Below, piece by piece: positions 19,250 to 30,788 of a stretch of 64,000 nt of DNA. Under the pieces are notes generated by a model. It had not been told where the DNA came from, did no database searches, and saw only the letters and a program-made list of their open reading frames with translations. This DNA comes from Nannocystis sp. (GTDB lineage: Bacteria > Myxococcota_A > Polyangia > Nannocystales > Nannocystaceae). Within the stretch, counting starts at the first letter, position 1, and the number at the start of each line of letters is the position of its first letter. Made by a program: the position numbers and the translations under genes. The DNA lies in the NCBI RefSeq assembly GCF_016714285.1, contig NZ_JADJNN010000008.1, forward strand, positions 196,669 to 260,668, given 5' to 3'.

Positions 19250-21689
19250 TCACGCGGTCGCGGGCGGCTTGAGGGGACGGGCGCGGCCGACCTCGGGGCT
19301 GTCGCTCATGATGTCGTCGAAGGCGACCGGGCTGGCCTCCTTGAGGACACCGCCAGGGGCGTCGGCGGTGCCGATGAGGGCGATGACTCCGCGGGCCGAG
19401 CCGTAATAGTTGCTCTGCGCGTGGTCCTCCTCGTCGATGCAGCGGCGGACCAGCGAGCGCGAGAGGCGGGGCATGCGGAGCATGTCGAGGGCCTGCTCCC
19501 ACAGGCCGTCGAGGAGGTTCGGGTCGGCGGGGAACTCGAGCAGGCCGGCGAGCAGGAGGAGGAGGCCGGCACGCTGACCGCCGCGGGTGTCGAGCGGGGC
19601 GTCGGCGAGGTAGCCGAGGTCGACGGCGCGCCAGTACGCGTCGGCGGCGACGAGCAGGCGCTTGAGCTCCTGGGCGCTGTGGGCCAGGGTGGCGTGGAAC
19701 ATGACGTCGGCGGAGAGGCCGTCCTTGACCCGCGGGTCGGGGATGTAGCGGACGACGGCGGGAGCGCTGGCGAGGTCGACGGGGGGCGCGGGGCGGGTGG
19801 GGCCTGCCCGAGGGGACGTCGCGCGGGGGATCGACGGCGTCGTAGAAGCCGGCGGCGCGGAACACATAGAAGTTCTCGGCCTGGCCGGGGAGGCCGTCCC
19901 ACAGCTCGGAGTACTGGGCGACGCGGTTGAGGCTGCCGGCGGCCCAGCTGAGGCCGCGGGCCGCGTCGCCGCCGATCTGCGAGGCGGCGACGCCGGGGTT
20001 TCGCGGGGTGGCGGAGTCGCGGATGGCCTCGGCGATCTCGACGACGCGGAGATCGAGGAAGCCGTCATAGAAGTCGGCCTTGCCGTCGCGGTTGATGTCC
20101 TCGTAGCGGGCGACGATCAGCGGGTGGGCCGGGCCGATGAACTGCACGAAGCCGGGGGTGCGGCTCTGCTTGTGGTGCCACTGGGCCTTCTGGATGCGGA
20201 GGTCGATCGCGGCGAAGTCCTCGCGGGCGGCCATGCCCTGGAGGATCGCGTGGAAGCAGTCGATGCCCTCGCTGGCGGTGGTCTCGTCGTTCGCGCCGGT
20301 GTTGAAGTAGGTGCTGTCCCAGGAGGAGTAGATGTCGGCGTCGGGGAACAGGCGGGAGATCGCAAAGCGCGTGGTGAGGCCGGCGCACTGGCAGTTCATC
20401 ATCAGCTTGTAGCCGGCCTGCGTGACCTGGGTGAGCGCGGCCCGCATGTCGAAGGCGCCGAGGTTGGCGTGGCGGCTGATGACGAGGCCGTGGAAGTAGG
20501 CGCTGCCCATCTCGACGTTCTCGTCGCGCGGCGAGGCGGAGCGGACGAAGAGCAGGATGTCCTGGCCGTCGGGGCCGCGGAAGGGGGCACGCAGGACGTG
20601 GTAGCCGTCGCCCCACGAGAGCGGGCTGGCGGGGGCGTCGGCGGGGAGCTCGGCCTTGGTGAAGTGGTACTTGTTCTCGAGGATCTTGACCTCGCCGGGG
20701 AAGAACTCGGAGGCGGAGTTGAGGACGAAGCGCCAGGTGCCGGTGAGCTCGGCGTAGGGCGGGGCGGCGCGTCGGAGGCCGCGCAGCAGCGCCTCGGCCT
20801 GCTTCTGATCGTCGGGGCGCAGGGCCGGGCCGCGCATCGACAGCAGCGAGATGGCGTGGGCCCGCAGATCGGGGCGCGCCTTGGGGCCGGTCTCGGCGGC
20901 GATGAGGGCGAAGATGCGGGCGGCGGCGAGGTCGGCGACGGCGCGGAAGCTGGGATCCTTGAGCACGGTGGCGACGATGTGCGAGAGCACGGTGAGCGCC
21001 GCGGAGCGCAGCTGGGCGGCGTCGAGCGGATCGATGTTGGCGGCTCCGGGGGCAGCAGCCGAGAGCACCGCGTTCAGCTGGGCGAGCAGGGCCTGGGCCT
21101 GGGTCGGGCTCAGACGCTCGGGGCGCAGCGGCTCCTCGGGGTGGAAGGGGCTGGCGGGGAACAGGCACTCGAAGCTGGTGGTGCGGCGGGTCGAGACCCA
21201 GCGCGCCGCGGTGACGAGGACGGGCAGGGCGTCGAGCCACACCGGGGCGGGGCCCTCGGCGTTGCCGGCGAGGGTGCCGTCGGCGAGCAGGAAGAGGGGC
21301 GGTGCGCCGTGCACGGCGGCGGTGAGGTCGAGGGCGCTGCGCGGGGCCTCGGGCGCGGCGGGGGTGGGCGCGGCGACGGGGCGCGGGGGCAGGCCGCCGA
21401 TGGCGACGAGGTGGCGACGCACGCTGCTGCTGCGGCCGGCGAAGTGCACCTGCACGCGCTTGCCGAGGGCGAGCGAGAGGATCGTGCGGGCGTTGTCCGG
21501 GGCGGGGCTCAGCTGCACGTGGTAGTCGCGCTCGCCGATCAGGAAGAGGTGCACGCCGACCGCGGCGCGGGCCGTGTTGAAGCTCTTGCGGGCCGCGGAT
21601 CCGCTGGCCATCAGCTCGGCGGGGAAGGTGTGAACGACGGCGACGAGGCCATCATCGCTGCGTACTTGCACTTCAAGACGATTCGCCAT
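19250..21689 (-). CDS. Large hypothetical protein (about 810 aa) with apparent frameshift near 19775-19820; possible Cys/His hydrolase core (NCQCAG ... FHAIL)
   Basis: N-terminal 630 aa in the frame of ORF 18618..21689 (MANRLEV...). The natural C-terminus (VDLASAPAVVRYIPDPRVKDG...PPATA*) is in the frame of ORF 19250..20068. The shift lies at G6/G5 runs. Confidence 0.45.
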
Positions 21690-21744
21690 GGGGGGTTCTC
21701 ACCTTCGTTTCGGGCGCATCGTATCGTGATACCGTGCCTTCCGC

Positions 21745-22794
21745 ATGCGCTTCAAACTGCTCGGACACAGTGGTCTCCGCGTCTCGGAGATCTGCCTCGG
21801 AACGATGACCTTCGGCAACACGTGGGGGGCGATGGGGGCCGAGCCCGCGGTGTGTCGCGCGATTTATGACGCCTATCGCGCGCGCGGGGGCAACTTCGTC
21901 GACACGGCGAACAAGTACATGGAGGGCATGAGCGAGCGCATCGTCGGCGAGTGCATTGCGGGAGATCGCGACCGGGTGGTGCTGGCGACCAAGTACTCGC
22001 TGAGCACGGCCAACGGGGATCCGAACGCCAGCGGCAACAGCCGCAAGAACATGGTCCAGGCGGTCGAGAAGAGCCTGAAGCGGCTCGGCACCGATTACAT
22101 CGATCTGTATTGGGTGCACATCTGGGACTTCGTGACGCCCACGGAGGAGGTCCTGCGCGGGCTCGATGACCTCGTGCGGGCGGGCAAGATCCTCTACATC
22201 GGGGTGTCGGACACGCCGGCCTGGGTGGTCTCGCGCGCCAACACGATCGCCGAGCTGCGCGGGTGGAGCCGCTTCGTCGGGCTGCAGGTCGAGTACAGCC
22301 TGATCGAGCGCGCGGTCGAGCGTGAGCTGCTGCCGATGGCCGCGGCGCTCGACGTGACGGTCACGGCGTGGTCGCCGCTGGGGGCCGGGCTGCTGTCGGG
22401 CAAGCACACCGTGACCGACGGCGCGGCGGTCGACACCGGGCGCTCGCAGATGGCGGGTGGTCGCCTCAACGCCCGCACCCGCGGGGTGATCGAGGCGCTG
22501 ACGCAGGTCGCGGGCGAGCTCGGCAAGCCGCCGGCGCAGGTGGCCCTGAACTGGCTGCGCCAGCGGCCGACGTCGGTGATCCCGATCGTCGGGGCGCGCA
22601 AGCTGGCGCAGGTCGAGGACAACCTCGCCTGCCTCGACTTCACCCTGGCGCCCGAGGCCATCGCGCGCCTCGACGCGGCCTCGGCGATCGAGCTCGGCTT
22701 CCCGCACGACTTCGCGGCCGCCGACTGGGTGCAGAAGGTGACCTTCGGCGACGCGCCCGACCTCATCGATCGGCGGCGCGGCGGCGGGGTCTGA
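21745..22794 (+). CDS. Aldo/keto reductase (AKR, Tas/YajO-like)
   Basis: 349 aa. Canonical AKR blocks (LGTMTFG, GGNFVDTA, DLYWVH, IGVSD). Confidence 0.85.
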   Translation: MRFKLLGHSGLRVSEICLGTMTFGNTWGAMGAEPAVCRAIYDAYRARGGNFVDTANKYMEGMSERIVGECIAGDRDRVVLATKYSLSTANGDPNASGNSRKNMVQAVEKSLKRLGTDYIDLYWVHIWDFVTPTEEVLRGLDDLVRAGKILYIGVSDTPAWVVSRANTIAELRGWSRFVGLQVEYSLIERAVERELLPMAAALDVTVTAWSPLGAGLLSGKHTVTDGAAVDTGRSQMAGGRLNARTRGVIEALTQVAGELGKPPAQVALNWLRQRPTSVIPIVGARKLAQVEDNLACLDFTLAPEAIARLDAASAIELGFPHDFAAADWVQKVTFGDAPDLIDRRRGGGV

Positions 22795-22811
22795 TGGTTG
22801 GGGAGCTGGTG

Positions 22812-22843
22812 CTCAGGACATGTCTGCCAGGACATGTCCTGAG
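22812..22843. terminator. Bidirectional hairpin (13-bp stem ctcaggacatgtc / gacatgtcctgag) between convergent genes
   Basis: Perfect inverted repeat between the AKR stop (22794) and the minus-strand gene stop (22846). GGACATGTCC core shared with other palindromes in the window. Confidence 0.6.
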
Positions 22844-22845
22844 GG

Positions 22846-23847
22846 TCAGCCATCGAGCAGGCGCGTGAGCCAATCGGCGAAGCCGGCGTCGACGAAGAGG
22901 CGGCGCAGGTGGTGCTCGAGCTCGCCGTGCAGGGGGGCGCGCCAGGCGTCGACCTGGCCGGGCCCGAGCAGCTCGCCGACGCTGCGGGCCTCCAACTCGT
23001 CGACCAGGGACTGGAGGACGGCGCTGGCCTCGTCAGGGAGGCGGTCCCACTCGGCGAGGGCCCGGGCCGCGGCGTGCAGGTCGGCGGCGAGGGCCTGCGG
23101 GTCGAGCTTGTGGAGCTCGGCGAGGACGACGGAGCCGGGCAGGGCGAGGACGGAGCGGACGGCGTCGCCGCGCCAGGCGGCCATGTCGGCGGCGTAGCGC
23201 GGGTCGCTGGCTCGCTCGACGATGAGGTCGAGGGCGCGGCCGAGGGCGCCGTCGACGAAGCTGCGCACGCGGTCCTCGAGCTGATGTTCGATCTCGGCGC
23301 CGACGACGGAGGCGACGCCCTTGGCGACGCCCATGAGCTTGGAGCGGATGCCGGCGCCGGGGATCCACCCGGTGTCGGGCATGGCGGTGCGCAGGCGGGT
23401 GGCGAAGTCGAGGATGGTCGTCTGCAGGACGCTGCGGAGCAGCGCCCGCATGCCGGCGTGGTCGATGGCGGCGCGCACGAGCTCGCGGCTGGGGGTGAAG
23501 GGCCGGCGCAGGGCGGTCTGCAGGGCCTTCTGGAGCTCGGGCGGGAGCTGGGCGGCGAGCGGGCCGGGGCGGGCGACGGCGGCGGCGCGGCGGCGGGCGA
23601 TCGCGGCGGCGAGCTGCTCCGGGTCGATCGCGGCGACGCTGCGGCGCAGGCCGGCGACGAAGGCGGGGACGATGCGGGTCGGGGCGATGAACTCGCGGAC
23701 CGGCGTGGCGAGGACGGCGTCGAAGATCACGCGCGCGAGCTCGGTCGCGAACGCAGGCTGGTCACGCAGGCGCGCGATGGCATCGGTGGCAGACGACACG
23801 CCGCTGCTATAGCAGGCTTGCCACGGGCTGAGATACGCTGGGTTCAC
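22846..23847 (-). CDS. Hypothetical protein (Ala/Leu-rich helical)
   Basis: 333-aa ORF with no alternative on the other strand; no family recognised. Confidence 0.45.
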   Translation of the reverse strand: MNPAYLSPWQACYSSGVSSATDAIARLRDQPAFATELARVIFDAVLATPVREFIAPTRIVPAFVAGLRRSVAAIDPEQLAAAIARRRAAAVARPGPLAAQLPPELQKALQTALRRPFTPSRELVRAAIDHAGMRALLRSVLQTTILDFATRLRTAMPDTGWIPGAGIRSKLMGVAKGVASVVGAEIEHQLEDRVRSFVDGALGRALDLIVERASDPRYAADMAAWRGDAVRSVLALPGSVVLAELHKLDPQALAADLHAAARALAEWDRLPDEASAVLQSLVDELEARSVGELLGPGQVDAWRAPLHGELEHHLRRLFVDAGFADWLTRLLDG

Positions 23848-23903
23848 GCACGCGGGCCCGGAGTTTGAGAACGCCGGGCCGAGACACGCGTTCGCCCGCC
23901 GCC

Positions 23904-24722
23904 ATGCGAAGCAGCACGCTCCCGATCGCCAGCCCCTGCCACGAGTCCTGGGACGCCATGTCCGGCGAGGCGGAGCGTCGCTTCTGCGGCGTATGCCAGA
24001 AGGACGTGCACAACCTCTCGGCGATGAAGCACGAGGAGGCGCAGGCGCTGCTGCGCGAGAAGGCGGGCGAGCACCTGTGCGTGCGCTACACGGCCGAGGC
24101 GGACGGGACGCTGCGGTTTCGCGATCTGGTGCCGCGGGCGAGCCTGACGCGGAAGATCGTGCGGACGGCCTTCGCGGCGTCGCTGCTGGCCGCCTGCACG
24201 CCGCACGGCGAGGGGCCGGTGGGCGAGCTGGGTCAGGAGGTCATCGAGTCGATCCGCAAGGAGACGGTGCCGACGCCGGACGGCGGCTGCGACTACACGA
24301 CCGGGCCCTTCACGACCTTCCACTTCCCTCCGGGCCACGCGCTGTGCAAGGGCGTGCTCGAGGCGGTGCGCATCGAGTCGGAGCCGATGCCGATGATGGG
24401 GGCGCCGCCGCCGATGCGGGTGATGGACGAGCCGCCGTTGCCGCCGCCGACCGTCGCGCCGGTCGAGCAGGTGAAGATGGGCGAGGCGATCGCGGTGCCT
24501 CCGCACGTGAGCCCGTTCGAGCCCTGCGATCCGAAGCCGGGCTTCGCTCCGCCGCCGCCGGGCGAGCCGGGCCACGAGAAGATGGGGGACATCGCCCCGC
24601 CCGAGCCGCCCCGGCCGCCGAAGCAGCCGCAGGAGCGCACGCCCCTGATGGGGGACATCGCGGCGCCGGAGCCGGAGCCCGAGCGCGAGCTGATGGGGAA
24701 GATCGCCCCGAGCCACGATTGA
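23904..24722 (+). CDS. Cys-rich hypothetical protein (SPCHESW...RRFCGVCQK.VHNLSAM N-terminal motif), paralog A
   Basis: Start chosen at MRSSTLPIASPCHESW. First of two tandem paralogs sharing about 110 aa N-terminal identity. Confidence 0.5.
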   Translation: MRSSTLPIASPCHESWDAMSGEAERRFCGVCQKDVHNLSAMKHEEAQALLREKAGEHLCVRYTAEADGTLRFRDLVPRASLTRKIVRTAFAASLLAACTPHGEGPVGELGQEVIESIRKETVPTPDGGCDYTTGPFTTFHFPPGHALCKGVLEAVRIESEPMPMMGAPPPMRVMDEPPLPPPTVAPVEQVKMGEAIAVPPHVSPFEPCDPKPGFAPPPPGEPGHEKMGDIAPPEPPRPPKQPQERTPLMGDIAAPEPEPERELMGKIAPSHD

Positions 24723-24770
24723 GCCACCACGATTGAGCCACGATTGAGCCACGATTGAGCCACGATTGAG
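24713..24770. repeat. 11-bp tandem repeat (CCACGATTGAG x5) overlapping the stop codon of paralog A
   Basis: ccacgattgag ccaccacgattgag ccacgattgag ccacgattgag ccacgattgag. Confidence 0.8.
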
Positions 24771-24812
24771 CTGGGAGAACCAGCCATCGACCCGCACGTT
24801 AGCGAGGCCGCC

Positions 24813-25538
24813 ATGCACAGCAACACCGTGACGATCGACAGCCCCTGCCACGAGTCGTGGGAGGCGATGCAGGGCGACGCGGCGCGTCGCTTCTGCGGGG
24901 TGTGCCAGAAGCACGTCCACAACCTCTCGGCGATGGCGCACGACGAGGCGCAGGCGCTGCTCGCGGCGAAGGCGAAGGAGCACCTGTGCGTGCGCTACAG
25001 CAGCGAGGCCGACGGGACCCTGCGCTTTCGCGACCTGGTGCCGCGGGCGAGCCTGACGCGGAAGATCGTGCGGACGGCGTTCGCAGCCGCGGCGCTGGCC
25101 GCCTGCACGCCGCACGGGGAGGCGCCGCTGCAGGGGCTCGGCGAGGCGATCATCGAGACCGTCCGCGAGAGCACGGTGGCGAGCGTGGACGGTGGATGCA
25201 TCTACACGACGGGGCCCTTCACGAGCTTCCACCTGCCGGCCGGGCACGCGCTGTGCCGGATGTCGGGCGAGGGCGAGACGATCGCCGAGCCGGTGGTGGA
25301 GGAGGGCCGCGTGCCGGTGATCGAGGCCCAGCCGGAGCGCGAGGTGCAGGGGCTGGTGATGGCGGCGCCGGAGCCGAAGCCGACGCTGGTGCCCTGCGAC
25401 CCCGCGGCGAAGGATGAGCCCGCGACCAAGCAGCCCGATGACCCGCCGAGGCGGCGGCCGATGATGGGCGGCAAGCGGCCGGCGCGGGACGTGGCCGAGA
25501 AGATGGGCAAGATGCAGCTGCCGGTCGACGAGCTGTAG
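24813..25538 (+). CDS. Cys-rich hypothetical protein, paralog B of 23904..24722
   Basis: Same SPCHESWEAM...RRFCGVCQKHVHNLSAM...HLCVRY...ADGTLRFRDLVPRASLTRKIVRTAFAA N-terminal region; C-terminal region diverged. Confidence 0.5.
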   Translation: MHSNTVTIDSPCHESWEAMQGDAARRFCGVCQKHVHNLSAMAHDEAQALLAAKAKEHLCVRYSSEADGTLRFRDLVPRASLTRKIVRTAFAAAALAACTPHGEAPLQGLGEAIIETVRESTVASVDGGCIYTTGPFTSFHLPAGHALCRMSGEGETIAEPVVEEGRVPVIEAQPEREVQGLVMAAPEPKPTLVPCDPAAKDEPATKQPDDPPRRRPMMGGKRPARDVAEKMGKMQLPVDEL

Positions 25539-25557
25539 CCCGCTCGGCGCGAGGCGA

Positions 25558-28761
<3,204 letters not shown>

Positions 28762-28889
28762 CCCTGAAAATCGCGGCGAGTGGCGGCCGCAGGGGCGGGC
28801 GATCCTGAACACCGGCGCAGGTGCCCGCGGCTTGCGTTCGCGCGGGGCCGCGGAGTAGGGTGTGCGCCCGTTCGCCCCAGGAAATACTC

Positions 28890-29471
28890 GTGAAGCCGAT
28901 CCAGATCTGTCAGCACCTTGGCCAGGGACACATCGACGCGTACTACGACGAGCTGTCCGGCAAGGAAGTCCGCGCCGTCCTCAAGGCGGGTGGTTGCAGC
29001 GTCAACGTCCCGGAGACCGCGTACACCCAGTCCGCCCGTCGTCGCGCGTGGCGCAAGCGCTTCGACGCCGAGTTCGGCGGGGGCAACGATCAGCTGGCGC
29101 TGGCGCTGCTGCTCGAGTGGTTGATGCGCCACCACCGGAGCATGCTGGTCGACTACCTCGACTTCCTCGGCGTGAAGCACCGCCAGGGTGAGACCGACGA
29201 GGACTTCTGCGCCACGCGCGACGAGGCCCAGCTGCGCGAGGGCGTGGCGGAGCTGCTCAAGAAGTACCCGGCGGCGCATGTGGCCACCTACCTGCTGCTG
29301 GTCGGTCACCTGCAGGAGACGCCGGTCTACGACCAGACGCCCGAGGTGCTCACCTCGCTCGGGATGTCGGCCGACGCGGCGGCGAAGTACGTCGAGGCGC
29401 ACAAGCTCTCGTACAAGCCCAAGGCCCAGCGCTCGCCGACGCCGATGATCACCACGCAGCCGGCGGCCTGA
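28890..29471 (+). CDS. Hypothetical protein (first gene of the MVP operon)
   Basis: GTG start at 28890 preceded by AGGAAA. 193 aa, no recognised family. Confidence 0.45.
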   Translation: MKPIQICQHLGQGHIDAYYDELSGKEVRAVLKAGGCSVNVPETAYTQSARRRAWRKRFDAEFGGGNDQLALALLLEWLMRHHRSMLVDYLDFLGVKHRQGETDEDFCATRDEAQLREGVAELLKKYPAAHVATYLLLVGHLQETPVYDQTPEVLTSLGMSADAAAKYVEAHKLSYKPKAQRSPTPMITTQPAA

Positions 29472-29485
29472 GCCGAGGAGCACGC

Positions 29486-29797
29486 GTGATGGATCGCCTG
29501 GCGCTGCTGCAGAAGTTCGTGGCCGACAAGCCAGACGACCCCTTCGCCCGCTACGGGCTGGCGATGGAGCTCAGCAAGCGGGGTCTGGCGGCCGAGGCCG
29601 ACGCGGCGTTCGTGGAGCTGATGACGCGCCACCCGAGCTACGTGCCGGCCTACCTGATGGCGGGCAACGCTCGCCTCGCGCGGGGCGACCGCGATGGCGC
29701 GCGCGAGGTGTTCACGCGGGGCGTCGCCGCGGCCACTGCGGCCGGGGACAGCCACGCGCTCGGTGAGCTGCAGGCCGCGAGGGCGGCCCTGGATTGA
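29486..29797 (+). CDS. Small TPR-like helical protein
   Basis: 103 aa, two TPR-like helix pairs. Stop overlaps the next gene's start. Confidence 0.5.
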   Translation: MMDRLALLQKFVADKPDDPFARYGLAMELSKRGLAAEADAAFVELMTRHPSYVPAYLMAGNARLARGDRDGAREVFTRGVAAATAAGDSHALGELQAARAALD

Positions 29798-30693
29798 GCG
29801 AGCTCCCGCCCGACCTGGTGTTCGCCAGCCCGCGCAAGCTGCCGCGCGCGGCGGACCTGCGGGGGCGGGTGGTGGTGCTCGACCTGGCCTTCGCGGCCGA
29901 CGGCATGGGCGGGCCGGGCTTCGCCAAGATCACCGGCCGCTTCCTCAAGGAGCTCGGGCCGCGCCTGGCTCGCTGGGTCGACCACCACGACCACGACCTG
30001 CACGCGCAGTACCGCGGCGACGATCGCTTCGTGCTGCACACCAAGGCCGAGCACGGCGCGTGCCCGGAGATCATCACCCCCGAGCTGGTCGCGCGGACCG
30101 GCCCGATCGACACGATCGTCGCCCACTTCGACCTCGACGGGCTGTACGCGGCGGCGAAGTGGATCCTCGGCGGACGCGAGCCCTACCCGGGGGCCGACGC
30201 CGACGCCCGCGCGGTCGACACCCGCGTCGGCGAGGTGAGCCCGCGGGCCCAGCTGATCGACAAGGCGCTGCGGGTGCACTTCGACGACGCGGTGCTCAAG
30301 CAGCGCATCGTCCACTGGCTGTGCCGCGGCCTGCGACCCGGGGTCGAGCACGACACGATCGTCGCGGCGGCGGCGGACTTCGATCAGCGCGCGAGCGAGG
30401 CGGTCGCGCTGGCGTCGCGCTACACGGTCGAGGATGACATCGCCCTGCTGCACCTGCCGAGCCACCCGCGGCCCTTCGACAAGACGGAGCTGCTGCTGCT
30501 CGGACAGCGGCGGGCGAGCGTGGCGATCGTGGTCGACGGGACGACCGTCAACATCGCGGCGGGCTTCGACAGCGGGCTGAACTTCGTGACGCTGCTCGAG
30601 CTTGGCGGCGGGATGCCGACGCGGGTGTCGGTGCCGCTGGCCCGCCTCGACCTTGCGCTGGCGAAGATCCGCGAAGCGCTGCGCTCGCGCTGA
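29794..30693 (+). CDS. Hypothetical protein (His/Asp-rich motifs VDHHDHD, AHFDLDG; possible phosphoesterase)
   Basis: 299-aa ORF tightly linked upstream of the MVP gene; start codon uncertain (TTG/GTG). Confidence 0.45.
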   Translation: MSELPPDLVFASPRKLPRAADLRGRVVVLDLAFAADGMGGPGFAKITGRFLKELGPRLARWVDHHDHDLHAQYRGDDRFVLHTKAEHGACPEIITPELVARTGPIDTIVAHFDLDGLYAAAKWILGGREPYPGADADARAVDTRVGEVSPRAQLIDKALRVHFDDAVLKQRIVHWLCRGLRPGVEHDTIVAAAADFDQRASEAVALASRYTVEDDIALLHLPSHPRPFDKTELLLLGQRRASVAIVVDGTTVNIAAGFDSGLNFVTLLELGGGMPTRVSVPLARLDLALAKIREALRSR

Positions 30694-30715
30694 GCTCGTC
30701 CTGCAGGCACGCGCC

Positions 30716-30763
30716 GCTGTATCGTTTCGGTGCAGCGCGCCGGGCTGCATCGAAACGATGCAG
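30716..30763. promoter_or_regulatory. Long imperfect inverted repeat (ctgtatcgtttcggtgcagc ... gctgcatcgaaacgatgcag) 25 bp upstream of the MVP start
   Basis: About 20-bp arms with 18/20 complementarity separated by gcgccggg. Each arm is itself near-palindromic (CTGCATCG-N3-CGATGCAG). Confidence 0.5.
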
Positions 30764-30788
30764 TCGTGCATCCAGGACGCGCGCGCGA

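Noticed and set aside
6181-24770. Possible CRISPR arrays suggested by short tandem repeats
   Set aside because: Units are 11-12 bp and directly abutting with no unique spacers; no cas genes; these are minisatellites.
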